Numbered from the stretch's first letter, positions 26,501-40,163 are shown. The stretch: DNA of 64,000 bases from Gordius albopunctatus (GCA_964276515.1 OZ193910.1:930001-994000), one strand, 5' to 3'. The notes: generated by a model from the sequence alone, not told the origin. Translations and numbers: made by a program.

Positions 26501-29500
26501 CGAAGTTTAGACACGGCTATGTTATAAGCACCCGCACAACGCTTTTTGCTGCGCAGCGAAATCCGATATTAAGACAAGCTCTTAGTCGCATAAACAGTTT
26601 AAAGGCTTTTTGGTTAAACCTTTGGTATATTAAATTTTGCAAATAGTCTATAGACATATGTATGAAAAATGCTTTTAAAATATGTGTATCAATGCTTTTA
26701 TTATCAATTTTATAGATGTACAAAGGAAATTGGGATTTAATTTTCGTCCCTTAAACAATGTAAATTTTATCTTAAATCATTATGGAAAAACATAAATTAA
26801 TGAAGATTCACTTTATATATATGATTTCCACTCTTTATATACATATTTTTTGGGGAAATTTAGATAAGTGTAATGAAATCTCATTAACGTTATACGACGT
26901 GCATCGTAATAGCGGTGTAATTTCCAATCACAAAATACCTGCTATGCCCTCTACCAATCGACCCGACCATAAATTGGTTTGGATGGGGTATTTTTTAAAC
27001 CTTTCTTCACTTATAAAATCGATTTTTTAAAAATTTTCTCACTATTTAAAATAAACTCTATACCTCCTCGATAAATATATGAATAAAAGATTTTGCAAAA
27101 TAATATTATATACATATATATATATATACTTTTTGTAGGTATTCGGAAAAGAAAATTTTGTATGTTGCCTATTCTAACGGTACGATTTTAGCTTTGATTA
27201 AAGCAACGGGGCAGCATGCTTTCACGTGGATTCCGGTAGCCAATACCAAATCACAGGTTTTATTTATTTGCCACGTCACCATTGGCGTAACCAAGGGTGA
27301 CAGGGAGTCGCGACTGCCCCCCCTCTAAATTTAAAGATTTGTTGAAATTTATTAAAATTATGGGGCTGAAATTTATAAAAATTATTATTTTGCCCCTCTC
27401 TTTATTATTGCCCCCTCCTCTAATTGCAATGCTGACTAGAGTTGTTAAAATGCTAACTTTCTTCAACTTCAGCTACCATCTGCTCCAATTTCTGCTCGGC
27501 CCTCGAGCATTTTTATATGCTACTGCTCTACCTAGTACACTTAACAGCGAGCAGATATTGTGCTAACGCGCATATTAAGCCATTCAGTGAGCGTGCTCTC
27601 GTCTGAAGTTTGAAGAAAGTTAGCATTTTAACAACTCTAATGCTTACTACGGCCGTGCACGTCACATACCATTTTTATGAATAATAATTTAAAGAATTGC
27701 ACAAGTTATGTTATATTTTGCCTTATTTTGAGAATGTTTGAGTTGCTGTAGAAAACAATCCTAAGGCTTAATTCTGCAATCTTTGAGGATTTCTGTTTAC
27801 AGCATTACCATAGTTTTGAAATGAATTTTTAATATTGTCTTGTTTTAAAATTGATTTCTTTTCCAATATTTATAGGTAAAAAACAAATCAGATAATTATT
27901 GGATCACCTCAATCCACGAGGAACCACAACAGATCAGGTTATTTTAATTTTTTATATAATGATTTTTATAAACATTTCATGAATTTATCCTAATTTGACA
28001 TAAACTGGTATCAATAGTGTCAGCTGTTAAATGAAAAATAATTCGCAAATTTAATTAAAGATGGAGTAGTGTGCGTAAAAACGGCTGGATTTTGGCTAAC
28101 CCCAACAGACCAATCTTTTCATTGATCCGCCTCTAGGCTTGATCTCGATTTGAAAAACAGACCCCCACAGTTGAACTAATGGTCGACCAAACAAAACCCC
28201 CAACCCTTTTTACGCACACAAAGAAGGATTTAAATGTGCTTTTTATCCCAGGGCTCTCCTGTGCAAAGGATCTCGATACCCATTAACAATACCTCGACCT
28301 ACGGTATCCAGCCTAAATTTCCAATTGCCTTTGATAGAACCCTCGGCGGATCCTACCAAATTAGAGGCACATTTTTATCATTTTGCTTTACCTAACAACT
28401 ACTATAAACTATTTCATTCCGTAAAAAATACACTAGATTACAATACATGGGCATAGCCGCCAGCATTGGAATTAGAGGGGGGGAGATTATTTTTTGAAAT
28501 CTCCTCTAGCAATGTTTTAATATATTTCAACAATTTTTTTGTTTGGGGGGAGGATAGCCGCCCCTCCATGCCCCCCTATCTTGGCTACGTCCATCTTAAA
28601 ATACAATTTCCCTTGATATATGCTCTGTTAATCCTAGACTAATTGCAAATTTCTACGTCCTCACAATATTAGAACGAATATTGGTTGACCTGGTTGCTAG
28701 GGCAAAGCCGGAAAGAAGGAGTAGAGGCTGACGACGCTACTAAAGACTCTGATACTCAACAGGCCAACGCTTTAATCAAGCTATTCGCCGTAATAATATA
28801 TACATCATACATTATTTGAGAAGATTTTACCCTCGTAAACAATGTTTTTCATGGATTCATTTTTAACACACTCTGACATTCCCAAAGATAAATCTATGAA
28901 AAATGTTTTTTATAAGCCCATGTCTGGTCAAATTATTTTAATTTGTATTTTTATGAATTTCAGTTGTTTTGTCGATCGGATCGAGATTTTAAAGCTCAAG
29001 AGGTATGCAAGCTTATGCCATCCTTGGAATCGGCTAAAATGGCGCTGAAATACGCATCCAGAATACGAAAATTAAATTTGGCTCAGAGACTGACGCATTT
29101 AATCGAATCGGATTTCGAAAGTGTGCACTCAAAAGATGAGGAGCCTTTTATCGAAACCTATACTGTCAACAATCACAAAAGCGACATGAATGTTAGTACC
29201 AATGGGTTCGTGTACAATCTTTTATCATTAAATATATCATTAACTTTGAACAAAGTCTATATTTAAAATAATCCAAATCATGTCGAAATAATTTTTTTAA
29301 GTGGATTTATCAAAAATAAATTAAAATAATATTTCGTACTTTAAAGGAAATCTTCAGACAGATAGTTAAACAAAATATAAATAAAATAGTCTTTTACGGA
29401 CGCATAAGTCGACAGCCATTAAAACCCCGTATAAGTTTTCACGGCAATTATTGCGAAAATTGCAAGTTGTAGAGGACAGGACGGATACCCAAAAACCAAC

Positions 29501-30740
29501 CCATAAATTGATTGACAAATAAAATAGATTGTAATGTAAACAATATAAATAAAAATGAATGTTCATTTAGGAGTGCTAGAAATAAATGCATAAAAAATAT
29601 TGTTTATCAGGGTAAAAGTCTTCTAAATCTAGAAATAGTTAATTTATAATATTACAATTTAGTATTGTTTCAAATAAATTTAACCAATATTTGACTAGAG
29701 TAATATCTTTTCGGTATTTTGATAATAGATCAACTACCACCACTTCGCATACTCGATATCAATCAAGATCGGAAACGCGATATTCTGAAGGTATTCATGT
29801 TATTTATAAACTAATTTTAAAAAAAACATTGTATAAATTTTATTAAAATGAAATTTTTTTAGAACAAGAAGATATTGATCTTGAGGAAACACCTTCAGAC
29901 CTACTATATACGCCTTCGGAAAATTTTTCGCATCCAGCCAAAAGTGTAGTAAATATTTCAACGAAAACAAGCAATCCATTTAAAGTTAATTCAATATTCT
30001 CATAAATTTATTCAATAATTTTGTTATTTTATAAATAAAAAAAGGCAATTAATTCAGCAAATTTTCAAACATTTATTATATTTATGTAAAATTTAAAACA
30101 ATAATATTGTAGGTTTTATCAGAAAATGGGGAGGGTGGTAAAAAGTTTAGTTCGGTTATGGATGAAATTGGAGAGGATTTAGAGAGCGAGAATACGCAAA
30201 AGAAACGCAAGAAAAGGGAAAAAATCGAAAATGCGCCAAAATCCAAGGTAAAAAAACATTTTTCTTTGAGATTTTTCGAAACTTGTTTTCATAAATATTT
30301 TTTTAATAAGGTCGTAATATTTGGTTTTAGATCAAAAAATCAAATTTGTCCGGGCATGAACAAGGTACTAAGGAGTCGGCAAAAGAAAAAACGAAGGCCA
30401 AAGTAAAAACTTTACATTCATTTTTCGGCGATGGACCTAACAAACCCCATACTTCATCTATGATAGAAATTAATTCTAACCCGAAGACTAACCCTACCGA
30501 GTAATAAAAGAAACACAAAAAAAAATAAAATTTTGATAATTTGTTTATTCATTTAGAAAAGCGATTCCGAACTTTCAACAATGGTTGAGGGAAAATAGGG
30601 AAGAATTAATGGTGCAAGTACGAGAAGACTTAACTGATATGGGTGTAGATTATGAGAGGCTGGAAGATAAAGAAGCCAAAGAACACCTAACTAAAATCGC
30701 CATTCAAAAATATAGAGACTTAAAAAATGCATCTATCTAA
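17542..30740 (+). CDS. WDHD1: WD repeat and HMG-box DNA-binding protein 1 (AND-1/Ctf4), multi-exon
   Basis: N-terminal WD40 (YITCGSDG; FEGHKAPIL..ASSSCDGSVKIWD), SepB domain (QKAFQPGSTP..VWNRWGII..LEIEYFDKSIHH; CKGSRYPLTIPRP; LIKLFA|LFCRSDRDFKAQEVCKLMP..ALKYASRIRKLNLAQRL), and C-terminal FQQWLRENR HMG-like segment; TAA at 30738-40. Confidence 0.93.
19116..19232. mobile_element. MITE of the CATGGGCGTAGCC family
   Basis: CATGGCCGTGG...GCTATGGCCTTG with a perfect 8-bp TSD AATAAATA; lies in a WDHD1 intron. Confidence 0.8.
20944..21224. mobile_element. PIF/Harbinger (Tourist-like) MITE, 281 bp
   Basis: Perfect 22-bp TIR GGGCTTGTCTTAATATCGGATT; 3-bp TSD ATA. Confidence 0.85.
21482..21887 (-). mobile_element. 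CRE-like retrotransposon, 5'-truncated 3' fragment (copy 2, RLE domain)
   Basis: SDPSLEGRMRPDGSSLVPWQNGLSLKWDFTC...FLLRQQLGILVARYN, homologous to copies 1 and 3; lies in a WDHD1 intron. Confidence 0.8.
23295..23502. mobile_element. hAT-type MITE (TAGAGTTGTTAAA family), 208 bp
   Basis: TIR TAGAGTTGTTAAATTGCTAA; perfect TSD ATAATAAT; near-identical to 27437-27639. Confidence 0.88.
23994..26006. mobile_element. Harbinger-family element enclosing a CRE-like fragment and a mini hAT-type MITE
   Basis: The left arm (GGGTTTGTCTTAATATCG...) and right arm (...AATCCGATATTAAGACAGGCTT) align with the two halves of the 20944-21224 MITE; flanks AAA/AAA. Confidence 0.75.
24145..25658 (+). mobile_element. 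CRE-like retrotransposon 3' fragment (copy 3), interrupted by an insertion at ~24403-24870
   Basis: LQATLPTKFGGLGIR; GHEWLECIPS; ALRLG..CKNC..HHPLHC..RFIRH; RPDG..PW..GKFLSWDFTC; colinear with copy 1. Confidence 0.8.
26316..26581. mobile_element. PIF/Harbinger MITE (same family as 20944-21224)
   Basis: TIR core CTTGTCTTAATATCGGATT; TSD TTA on both sides. Confidence 0.85.
27280..27657. mobile_element. CATGGGCGTAGCC-family MITE with a nested TAGAGTTGTTAAA MITE (27437-27639)
   Basis: Outer TSD CACGTCAC is perfect; inner TSD ATGCTGAC/ATGCTTAC. Confidence 0.85.
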
Positions 30741-31171
30741 TTATTATTATTATGTGTTTGAGGAGGCTTGATTGTTTCAATAAAAATTGTCACAATACTT
30801 CACTTAAAGCTTGAAATGAAATTACACAGGCTCCCCTTTATTTGTAATTAATATCTCATTGCATTGTAGTGTTGTAAAACGGGTGGGTGTCTTCAAATTA
30901 CGACAAAGCCTAGAGATGAGCAAGAAAAGGTGATCAAAAACTCCGTCGGTCTCGTTATGTTAAGTCGAATAAACAAAACCCACGTGTATTTACATATTTA
31001 TAACTTATGACCATAACACCTTGCGCCTAAAATTAATTAATCCAATATAATTCGTAAAATCGTGTGGCTAATTTGAGATCATTCTATTTAATTAATTATG
31101 TACGAAACGGATAAAGAATACAAGTATAGAAGGTAGGAGGTTTAAAATTATATAATTTTTCAGGCAAGTGT

Positions 31172-34100
31172 TCATGTGTAATCTATGAACTGTATCTCGC
31201 TAACGAGCAATATCTTCCAAGGCAAGGGTCTGGGTTGGGGTGATAGTATCGTCAGACATTCTTTTTCCACCTTAACGTCCGTTCTAAAGTGTTAACCACC
31301 AACCAAAAAAACTTTACATTTATAAATGCATTTTTTTAAAATATTATTTAAGGGAAATTTAAAAATAATTATTCATGTATGTCATTGAATCTTATAGAAA
31401 TTAATTTGATGATGTAGGAAAAATATTACATTAATTTACAACAATATATTATATGTATAATGGTAAATAAGTGAAATTGTGTTACATGCATATGAACCCA
31501 GCTACATTGCTTTCCAATATCTCCGTTTCGTTCTCCGTTTTAGCCATACTCAAAGCAGCCAAGTGATGTAGTAGGTTAAAACCTAGTGGTATTACGGACA
31601 AATTAGTGTTACTACGTGAAAGATGCTGGGTTTGGTCTGGATTTCGTAGTCGATCTCTCGGCTTAGTCGAAATGCCAAAATCAAACCAGAATCGAACCGT
31701 TAGTCCCGGTTGAACCAAAGGTCGACTTAATGAAACCCAGCCATTTTTATGCAACACTAGCACAAATATGTAATATAATATGGGATAAAATCTAAATTCT
31801 AGACTTCGTTTTTATTTTTGGGGCGAAATCTTAGACGGATTTCGAGATTATAAGACATCAAGTTGGACGAGGGTCAAAAACTAAACACGTGACAATTACA
31901 AAGGTTACCAGTTGAGGCCCAAATGATAATAAAAAATATATGGGGTCGGGGGCAAGAAAAATTTAATTAATACAGCAGAGTCATTTTTATTTTTCTATTG
32001 GGAAACGAAATTAGCTTTTTCACACGTAGAACTCTATTATATAGCAATGAATAGTTGTATACTGCACGCCGCTCAAAGTCTGTCCGGCTTGATAGGATTT
32101 TGTGCCGGGCAGATTTTGGTAAAAAACTCGGTCCTCGGGCCAAAAATAAAAAAGTTTTTCCGGCCGGGTTCTGCAAAATAAAAATTGAGAAGTCGGGCTC
32201 GGCAGCCGAAGAAATTTCATTTTGCAAGGCTCTAACCACCTGTAAATTTCATTGCAAATAATAACTCAAGAGGTCATCTTAAATATGTATTTTTCGAGGT
32301 ATTACTAGGTTTGACGGGCACTATTTTTGTGCGTTCGTCTTCGACTTTCATGCCCAGGGGTAGGCAAGAGTCGGGAAGATTAGTTGAGCCAACTTGGAAA
32401 AGGCTGATTTCCGAAAATTTAACCTCGAAACTGTGTGGGTAAAAGGGTGCGTGTTTTCTGCCGTAAAAATATTCCCGGACCCTTCGATCCCTGGTGGAGG
32501 AACGGAATTCTTTGGAACGCATTACGACCTGACCAACATTTGAAAACGAATAAAAACATAAAACAATGTCACAAATTTTATCAAATGGAATAATACAATT
32601 GTGCGTGGGCGTACCCAGCATAGGAATCAGAGGAGGGAGGGGGGGGCAATGATGATCATCTTACGAAATCGTAGCCAAAATTTTCATAAATTTCAACAAA
32701 ATTTTCATAAATTTCAACAAAATTTTGGATGGGGGGGGCAGCCGCCGCTGGCTACTTTGCAAAGAAGGAGGAGGATTTTAGTCACACTTACCCCACCAGA
32801 TTTTGGGAGCATGACGATTTTGAGGAACGGAGGCATATCACGTTTTAATTGAGTGTATACCCTCTCCTGATCGATCACCACTATGATATCCACTGCAATC
32901 AAATAGCAACAAACAGTATTTATTCATCATAAACTGAGAATAACTTTTGAAATTTCATAACGATGAACTACTGTTTTGTAATTAAAGGACTGGGTTTGGT
33001 TCAAGTCGACTAAACATAATCGGACCAGTGATTTTTGGTCTCTGTTTTACTTAATCGATCTCCAGGCTTAGTCGACAAAACTCACCCGTTTTTACACCAA
33101 CACTACGATAAACCTTACACACTTATTGCTTCTAATCATGGAATTGTCGTAAAATCCGAAATCTTGGAGAAAGTTTAGAGTAATACCTTCAAAAGCTTGA
33201 GCCGCGTGAGTTATAGCTTGGTAACCCTGTTGCTTGACCCATCCGCAAGTGTTAACGATAATGCCACTCCGATCCACTATCGTTCAATATTATATATACA
33301 CATTACGAAAGGAATCTTTTTATTTAGAGATTAATAGTTTTTTACAAGGGCTCTGAGCCACCACAAACCAAGGGCGTAGCCAGAGGCAGGGGGAGGCAGA
33401 CAGGGGTGGTTGTTCCCCTTTAAATCCAAATTGAAATTTCTTAAAATTATAACTAAAATTTTAAAAATAATCATTATTGCCCCCTCCCACTCTAATTCCG
33501 ATGCTGGGTACGCCCATCTACGAAATATAAAGGGATGATGTAATGAATGACATATAATAATAATAATGTGAATTTGATCAAGTAAATTAACCTTTGGATT
33601 GAGCTAGACACTTTTTTTCGACCACGCCAGCTAAACGTGTGATGAGGTGACAATACAGCGGTATATTATCGCCCGGACTTTTGTGTCCAAAATGAAATAC
33701 TATAGGGGCTGAGTGGGAAGAATAGAGTGATGATTCTTCTACGTCTATAGTCCTTTCAACTTGGATAGCCCCTGGTTTAAATTAACAGAAATACACATGT
33801 GTGGTCAACCTTTGCCTCAACAACATAAACAGCAGACCTAAGGTTTTTTGTCAACCTCCAGGCTTAGTCGAAATTTGAAGAAGGGACCAGAGTAGAGCAT
33901 TAGTCTTAGTTGAATCAAAGGTGGACCAAACAGAACCCAACTAAATTTACAACACTTGTGATTGTGGGTGATATTGTTTTTAGAGTGCTTAGCAGTTTGT
34001 CGTGCTTTTTGACTTTTTTAGTTATTATATTGATAGATATCAAGTTATATACCAGTGCAACAACCTTTTTCAAAATAATAAAATTAAAATTCAAACCAAT

Positions 34101-35848
34101 GGTTCAAATAAAATGAGATAAAGACAAGACATCAACAATTTTATAATAAATATATTAAACTTTTCGAGGATTTAAGTTGTGAGACGTTAGTCATGAAATA
34201 CTAAATATATTTAATGTTTTATATAGTAAGTATAAGCATTTCAACTTATTATAATTTACTCAAAAGTGAAAATTACATTAAGTCAAAAATATTGATATTG
34301 CATATTTTACATATTTATAAATATGAAATGGTTTAATAAGATATCACCTTTGAGTATAAATTTCAAATTTTATAAAAATATTTTATAAACCGGATATAAT
34401 TCATTATCAAATTACCAATGGTGCCTGGTACGGATATCGAGCCCTAATTTTATTTATAAAAATAATATAAAAAAATAATCACAATAATATTTTTCATAAA
34501 CAATTGAAAATTGATTTGAAATTGGATAAATAATCAAAAATTTGGAATTTTTCAACATGGCCTCAGATATTCTGTTGTACCTGTCCCACATCTAAATCTA
34601 TGTAAACCGGTTTCCGACCCATTCGAATGGCGTAATTGAGGAGAAGTACACATAAAGTAGTTTTGCCAACATCCGTAGGTCCCACAACCATCACCTGATT
34701 AAGCAGACGATTTCATTAGCTTACACATTTTTTTGTAAATTTAAAATGTAATGAACATGACTTAATTAACCAAAGAATTTTGAACTATATTCTAGTTGAG
34801 CTAATAATTATCTAAACCTCGTCCATACTTGAACTCAAACTAAATTAAGTGCCAAAGGATGAATATATAACTTCCATTAGAAACTGATCAAAACATTTTT
34901 GCAAACTGAAATATGCTGTTGTTTGTCTTTGATAGTTAAGACTTAAACATATAAGATCATTTAACACAAACAATTAATAACAAATTTAAACTTTATGAGC
35001 ATGTAAACCACTATAAATTTCTATGATTTAAATAACTTTATAAAATATTTCAACAAAAAATTGTCTTATCACAATGTTGCAAATGGCATTAAATATTAAT
35101 TTATTACAAAATAAATAATTGAGATTAATAGCATATGGCATTTAATGCAAATAAACAAATAAATTTAAGATTTAAAAATAGTGATAAGCTAATTACCCTA
35201 GGACCACGTGTAGCTTCAGTAGTTGCCCTTTCCCTCATTTTCTCCAACACTGCATGTGTATTTAAGTAAAAAACTGCTGGAGTCTCTTTTGATATATATG
35301 CAACATCACAAGGTGCTCCTTTAAGAATTAATTCACATCCATGCCATGTTAATACTGCTAATTTGCTGCCAGTGCTTAAATTAATGGGTCGATTTAAAAG
35401 AATTTCACTACCAAATATTTCAGCTGTCCCGGATTTTAACTATATAGTTATAATAGTAGAAACATATTTTTATTAACCAAAATACACTAGCACATACAAC
35501 ACATAAGAATATAAAATAACATTAATTAAATTTGGATAAAAAAGTTTAAATAGAGGCTTTATATAATTTCAACATGTAATTAGTAAATAAAGAAAAAAAT
35601 ATCATCATACAGTTAATGTTGCTTCATTCTCATCTTCAATTTCTATTCTCAATTCGGAATTAGCTTCAAGCGTAAATTTTTGCTCCTTGGCCTTAAAATT
35701 TTCAATGCATAAATTGATGCTTAAATTATGAGTAAGGGTATAAAAAACTAAGTTTAAAAGTATAGATGCAGTATTAGTTTAAACATCCAATATATTGTTT
35801 TAAATTTATTATTACCTGGTCCTCTTTCTTAGCGAGTGAATCAGTCAT
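31172..35848 (-). CDS. CLP1: CLP1 polyribonucleotide 5'-hydroxyl kinase / cleavage factor subunit, 11 exons
   Basis: [37 protein letters not shown]; Walker [84 protein letters not shown]. All introns GT-AG. Confidence 0.96.
31604..31759. mobile_element. hAT-type MITE (TAGTGTT family with internal GTCGAC-like motifs)
   Basis: Imperfect TIR TAGTGTT..GCTGGGTTT; TSD GGACAAAT/GCACAAAT. Diverged relatives near 28067, 30867, 32969, 33803, 49480 and 52718. Confidence 0.7.
32969..33105. mobile_element. hAT-type MITE (TAGTGTT family) in a CLP1 intron
   Basis: Degenerate TIR; TSD CGATGAAC/CGATAAAC. Confidence 0.7.
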
Positions 35849-36171
35849 ATGATTTTAAATTGTGCAATAAAGTTAAGTTCTTCCTTACATTACAGCCGAT
35901 CCACCTTTTTATTGAATGGTCTATTCACAGAAAATATACCTATAATTTGATTATTATTGACTTGAGACATTCTTATCTTGGGGCCGTATAGAATGAAAGT
36001 TATAATATTGTTTAGGAGTGGGGTAAATGGTGGGATTAAGGTCACGCCTTATGCATGGTTCTTCCATTATAACGTTTCCTTAATCTAGAGTATATAACTG
36101 TTATGTTAATATCAAAACAAGAACTCATTGGAAATAACGTTCTTTTACCGTGATATATATATATATATATT

Positions 36172-36720
36172 GGCGTACGCAAGGGTATGCTGTAGTAAGG
36201 TTGTAACACTAACCATGAGTTTCAAATAATTAAATTTTTATATTGTATTTGCACACAAATATTAATGAATACTGATATTTATAATTTATAAATTATTTTT
36301 GTGGAAGTTTTATTAAGTTTTTCGTTGCTTTTTCTATTTTTATATGTTCAAAATTTATAAATTTTATTCGAAATTTAAATTTCATATAAATATCTCCCCT
36401 CACATCCTTTTTCCGAAATTTTAATATGAAGAAACGCCAAAAATATCCTTCCATTTATAACTACTTTACTTCCCTAAAAAATTAACTTTTCAAAGGAGAA
36501 AAGTAAAATTATTATAATTCACTCTAGATTCTAGAATTTAATTTAGAAAATTTTAGTACTAATTCAGTAGGAGAAGAAGAGGAACATAGAGATCAGGATG
36601 AGGGTGATAAATAAATTATATAAGCTAAATATAGATTGTAGAATCTATTTCCATAGAAAAAGATTGTATTAATTCTGTAAGACTAAGAATACAGGAAAAA
36701 GAGTAAATCATAGTTACGCC
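36172..36720. mobile_element. Putative element with GGCGTA/TACGCC termini inserted in a (TA)n tract
   Basis: (AT)n run at 36153-36170, then GGCGTA; ends TACGCC immediately followed by (TA)13. The TIR is only 6 bp. Confidence 0.45.
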
Positions 36721-38289
36721 TATATATATATATATATATATATATATGCTATTGTTCAATTTTTTAATCTGTCCTTATAGAAACATAAAATAATATATTT
36801 TCACTTCAGCTATATTACTAGTTACTTAGGAACCTATTTTCCTATTCAGGACGTTTGAAAATTTAATAAATATTATAAATGATAATAATAAAATTAAAGG
36901 ATAAAAAAGGTATATTACAAAAATCGCTACCCATGAAATTTCTATAAGCCTTATTTTTGAGGCAAAAACATTAATCATAACTAAATAAAACCGCCAATTA
37001 ATAATTTGTTTACTAATATACAAATGGCTCCTACGCCTAATTTAAATTTTAGCTATTAATGGCCATCCAAAAATTAAAATAATAGAATAAATTGAAAAAG
37101 ATTTATATTTCTATCCTAATAATTTAAAACGACTTATTTGCGCATTTTAATAATTATGTGCTCTACGTTTTTTTTCCTCAATCACAACTTAAGTGCACTT
37201 GGAATCTGGAATGTTAAAAGGATTAGATGGAATTGAGGCTCGAAATTCGGGCTGATAAAACCCATCTTCCATAAATAAAAAGTGAAGATTAAATCACACA
37301 ATTTGATTTTAGTTTGCAATAAAAAATTTAAAGTATTCTTGTTAATTAATTTAATTTTAAGGCTTGTAAATTAAAAAACTGGGAGTTTATAAAATAAATA
37401 CACATACTTCATTTTATTTTGATCTTAAACGTAAAAAACTTGAAAACAATTAAGAATTAAATTTTATAAATATGCAAAATGCCAGTATTGTTTGCGTTCC
37501 CACATCCTTTACCCTTTTTTATTTTAATTGTTTTAAAAATTAGATATTAGAATAGAATATGTCTTGATTATGTGACAAAGTGAAATTGCTGTTACAAAAG
37601 CCCTATAAAATACATAATTTTTTTTATTATAAATCAAACAAAATATTTTATATATTATGACAAATTTTTGAATTCATTTATTAAGATTCTCATATTAATT
37701 AAAAAATAATACATGATTTACAAAAATATTTTCTAATCTAGATGGCAGTAATTCAAATTAGCTAAATATGTTTCAACAAATTAACATTATCAAACCTTTT
37801 TGGTACAATTAATTAAATAAAAACTTCTTTATGTTATCTAATAGTTTTTAATAAATACTGCAGCAAGCGCTGGGAATGTTATAGTTCATAATAACTAAAT
37901 TTCGTTTTTTAATTAATATCTTGAATTAATTAGAAATATCAATGTTCAATCCATTACTATCAGCTAGTTTTCTTCACAATTTGTCCAGAGAACAACAATT
38001 TATAAAAGAATTAAGTTTATCAATAAATAAAGTCATCGCTCAATGTACGCAACCACATGCCAATCAAACATTAAGAAACAATATTAAGATTATAATGATT
38101 TATTTTTAATAAAACGTTTAATTATAATAATATTACAAATAAAGATGCTGTATAAGACAATAAAGGGTAAAAATTGTATATTTATAAGCCAACATAATTC
38201 CATAATTTAATATTAATTTTTTTAATCAAAACGCGAGTTTTTTATAATAAATTTCCGCATTATTATTTATTAATTATTTTGCAATTAAA

Positions 38290-39595
38290 AATAGTAGCAT
38301 TTTATGTCGTCGTACACCTTGTTTTTAGCTTTTACTAAGTATTTTTTAGCCGATCTTTTAGCTACTTGGTAAACTTGCGTATCATTACAATCCTTGCTTT
38401 TATACCAAACTTTGCACAATCTCTTCTTTTGCTTGATACATTTTTGCACTTCTTCATTCCACCACCACGTCTCCTCGAGAATCCTTTTAGTGGGCTTGCT
38501 TTCACCTAGTATTTGTCGTCCCGCCTTTTGCATCCTGGCAGCTATACCATTCCATTGATCCTCACATGAAGTATTTGCCTTGAATTCAGCATGTTTAAAT
38601 GCATGTTCCCCAAAATGTTGAATATTATCTTTTAGTCTCCTCCGTTCTATAGTGGCCGCTGCTCTTCGTACCTTTTGCCCTTTAATATAAAGTCCTACAC
38701 CAAAAGCTTATGTTAGCAGGCCAATATTTCACTCGGTATTCCCTTACATTTTGAACATCAAACTCCATCCAAAAACAATCTTTTTCTGCTTCAGAGCATT
38801 CGTTTCGAAGGGCATATGCTGATATAACGCTTATCGTAGTAGATTTATAACAAAGCTGTATCGCCATAATTCTGTCATTTACTCTTTTAACGTCGACGAC
38901 AGTTTGCTGAAATTCTTCCGATAGCACTATACCGACGCCATTCCGGTGATTTTCTGTACCGTATAAATATAATTTGTATCCGTCCCCTATGTATTTTGCT
39001 TTTTGGCCCTTCCATTTGGTCTCTTGTATACACGCGATATCGATTTTTCTCCTCCTTAGAACCTCTGCCAATTCTCTGCTCTTGCTAGTCATTGTACCAA
39101 TATTCCATGACCCAAACTTTATCCTTCACAAACTAATGTCTTTGACCGCTTCCGTTTGTTGAGAGAGCGGTAGCCTTCATTTATTTCGCACACATTCCAG
39201 GCGGAGAATCCGCGCATCGCTTAGAGGGAACGCCCTATGGTTTCATGCTTCTTCTTTGTTGTAGTATAAATTTTGGTTTATATGGAATGAGGGAGTATTG
39301 ATATCTCGGCTTTGCAAGCCTGACGGAACTATTTTAGATTTTGGCGCTTGACTACCTACTATTCTTTATGATGCCGTGATCTTAGTAAATTTAAATTTTT
39401 TTTAGACCACCCATATTAATATTCCATTTCACTAGTACTCCCTCAAAAGCCCAGAAAGTTTAGTCTAACCCTTCACTAAAAAACTTGCCAATAGGGTGAC
39501 CCCACCAGTAACAAACACAAAAAATTTATTTGGCTACCAAAGGTATAGCTTTTTGGATCACGAGAGTACACAAGCTCAACCACCATTTTAAGGTA
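38290..39595 (-). mobile_element. RTE-clade LINE 5' fragment: 5' UTR plus degenerate APE endonuclease
   Basis: GSWNIGTMTSKSRELAEVLRRRKIDIACIQETKWKG..NGVGI..NDRIM..ISAYA and ETWWWNEEVQ. The minus strand of 39440-39595 reads ACCTT..TGGTGG..GCTTGTGT..TGATCC..AGCTAT..GGGGTCACCC, resembling RTE 5' UTRs. Confidence 0.85.
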
Positions 39596-40163
39596 TTTCT
39601 GTCTATCCCTATAATATACCTATACCATAAGTCCCTTCTTCAAATTTAACTACACTTGCAGGTCTTAGCTTATTTTATGTATAATTTTATTATTAATTAA
39701 TACTTTCTTGAGCCATCATATTTCTCCTGGTTTTTATTAAAATCAAACCTCACCTATAACACCTTTATCTGATCAAAATTTTACTAATAACTATTTTTCC
39801 GATTTGTATTATTTTTGTATTTAATTCAGATTTCAACCAAATATTTTAAAGGACTTTATTTCACCAAATTAAAACGATATTCTATGATATTTTAGGCTAT
39901 GACATTACACTATTATAAACGCGGCGGTACTAAAATATTTTCCCTACATTGTCAAACATTATAAAGACTTTTATACACCAGTGCTTTATGATTATTCATA
40001 TGTCGTTAACATTGCACATTGTAAGTATTTGAAACTGTTGCACGTGCTTTTTCCTATTATAAATTAAATAATATTTAATTAAATGGTATGGGATTATATT
40101 TTTTAGAATTTTTTATAAATGTTCTACTAATTCATACTAATTCTTTAGGTAATTAAGTATTAA

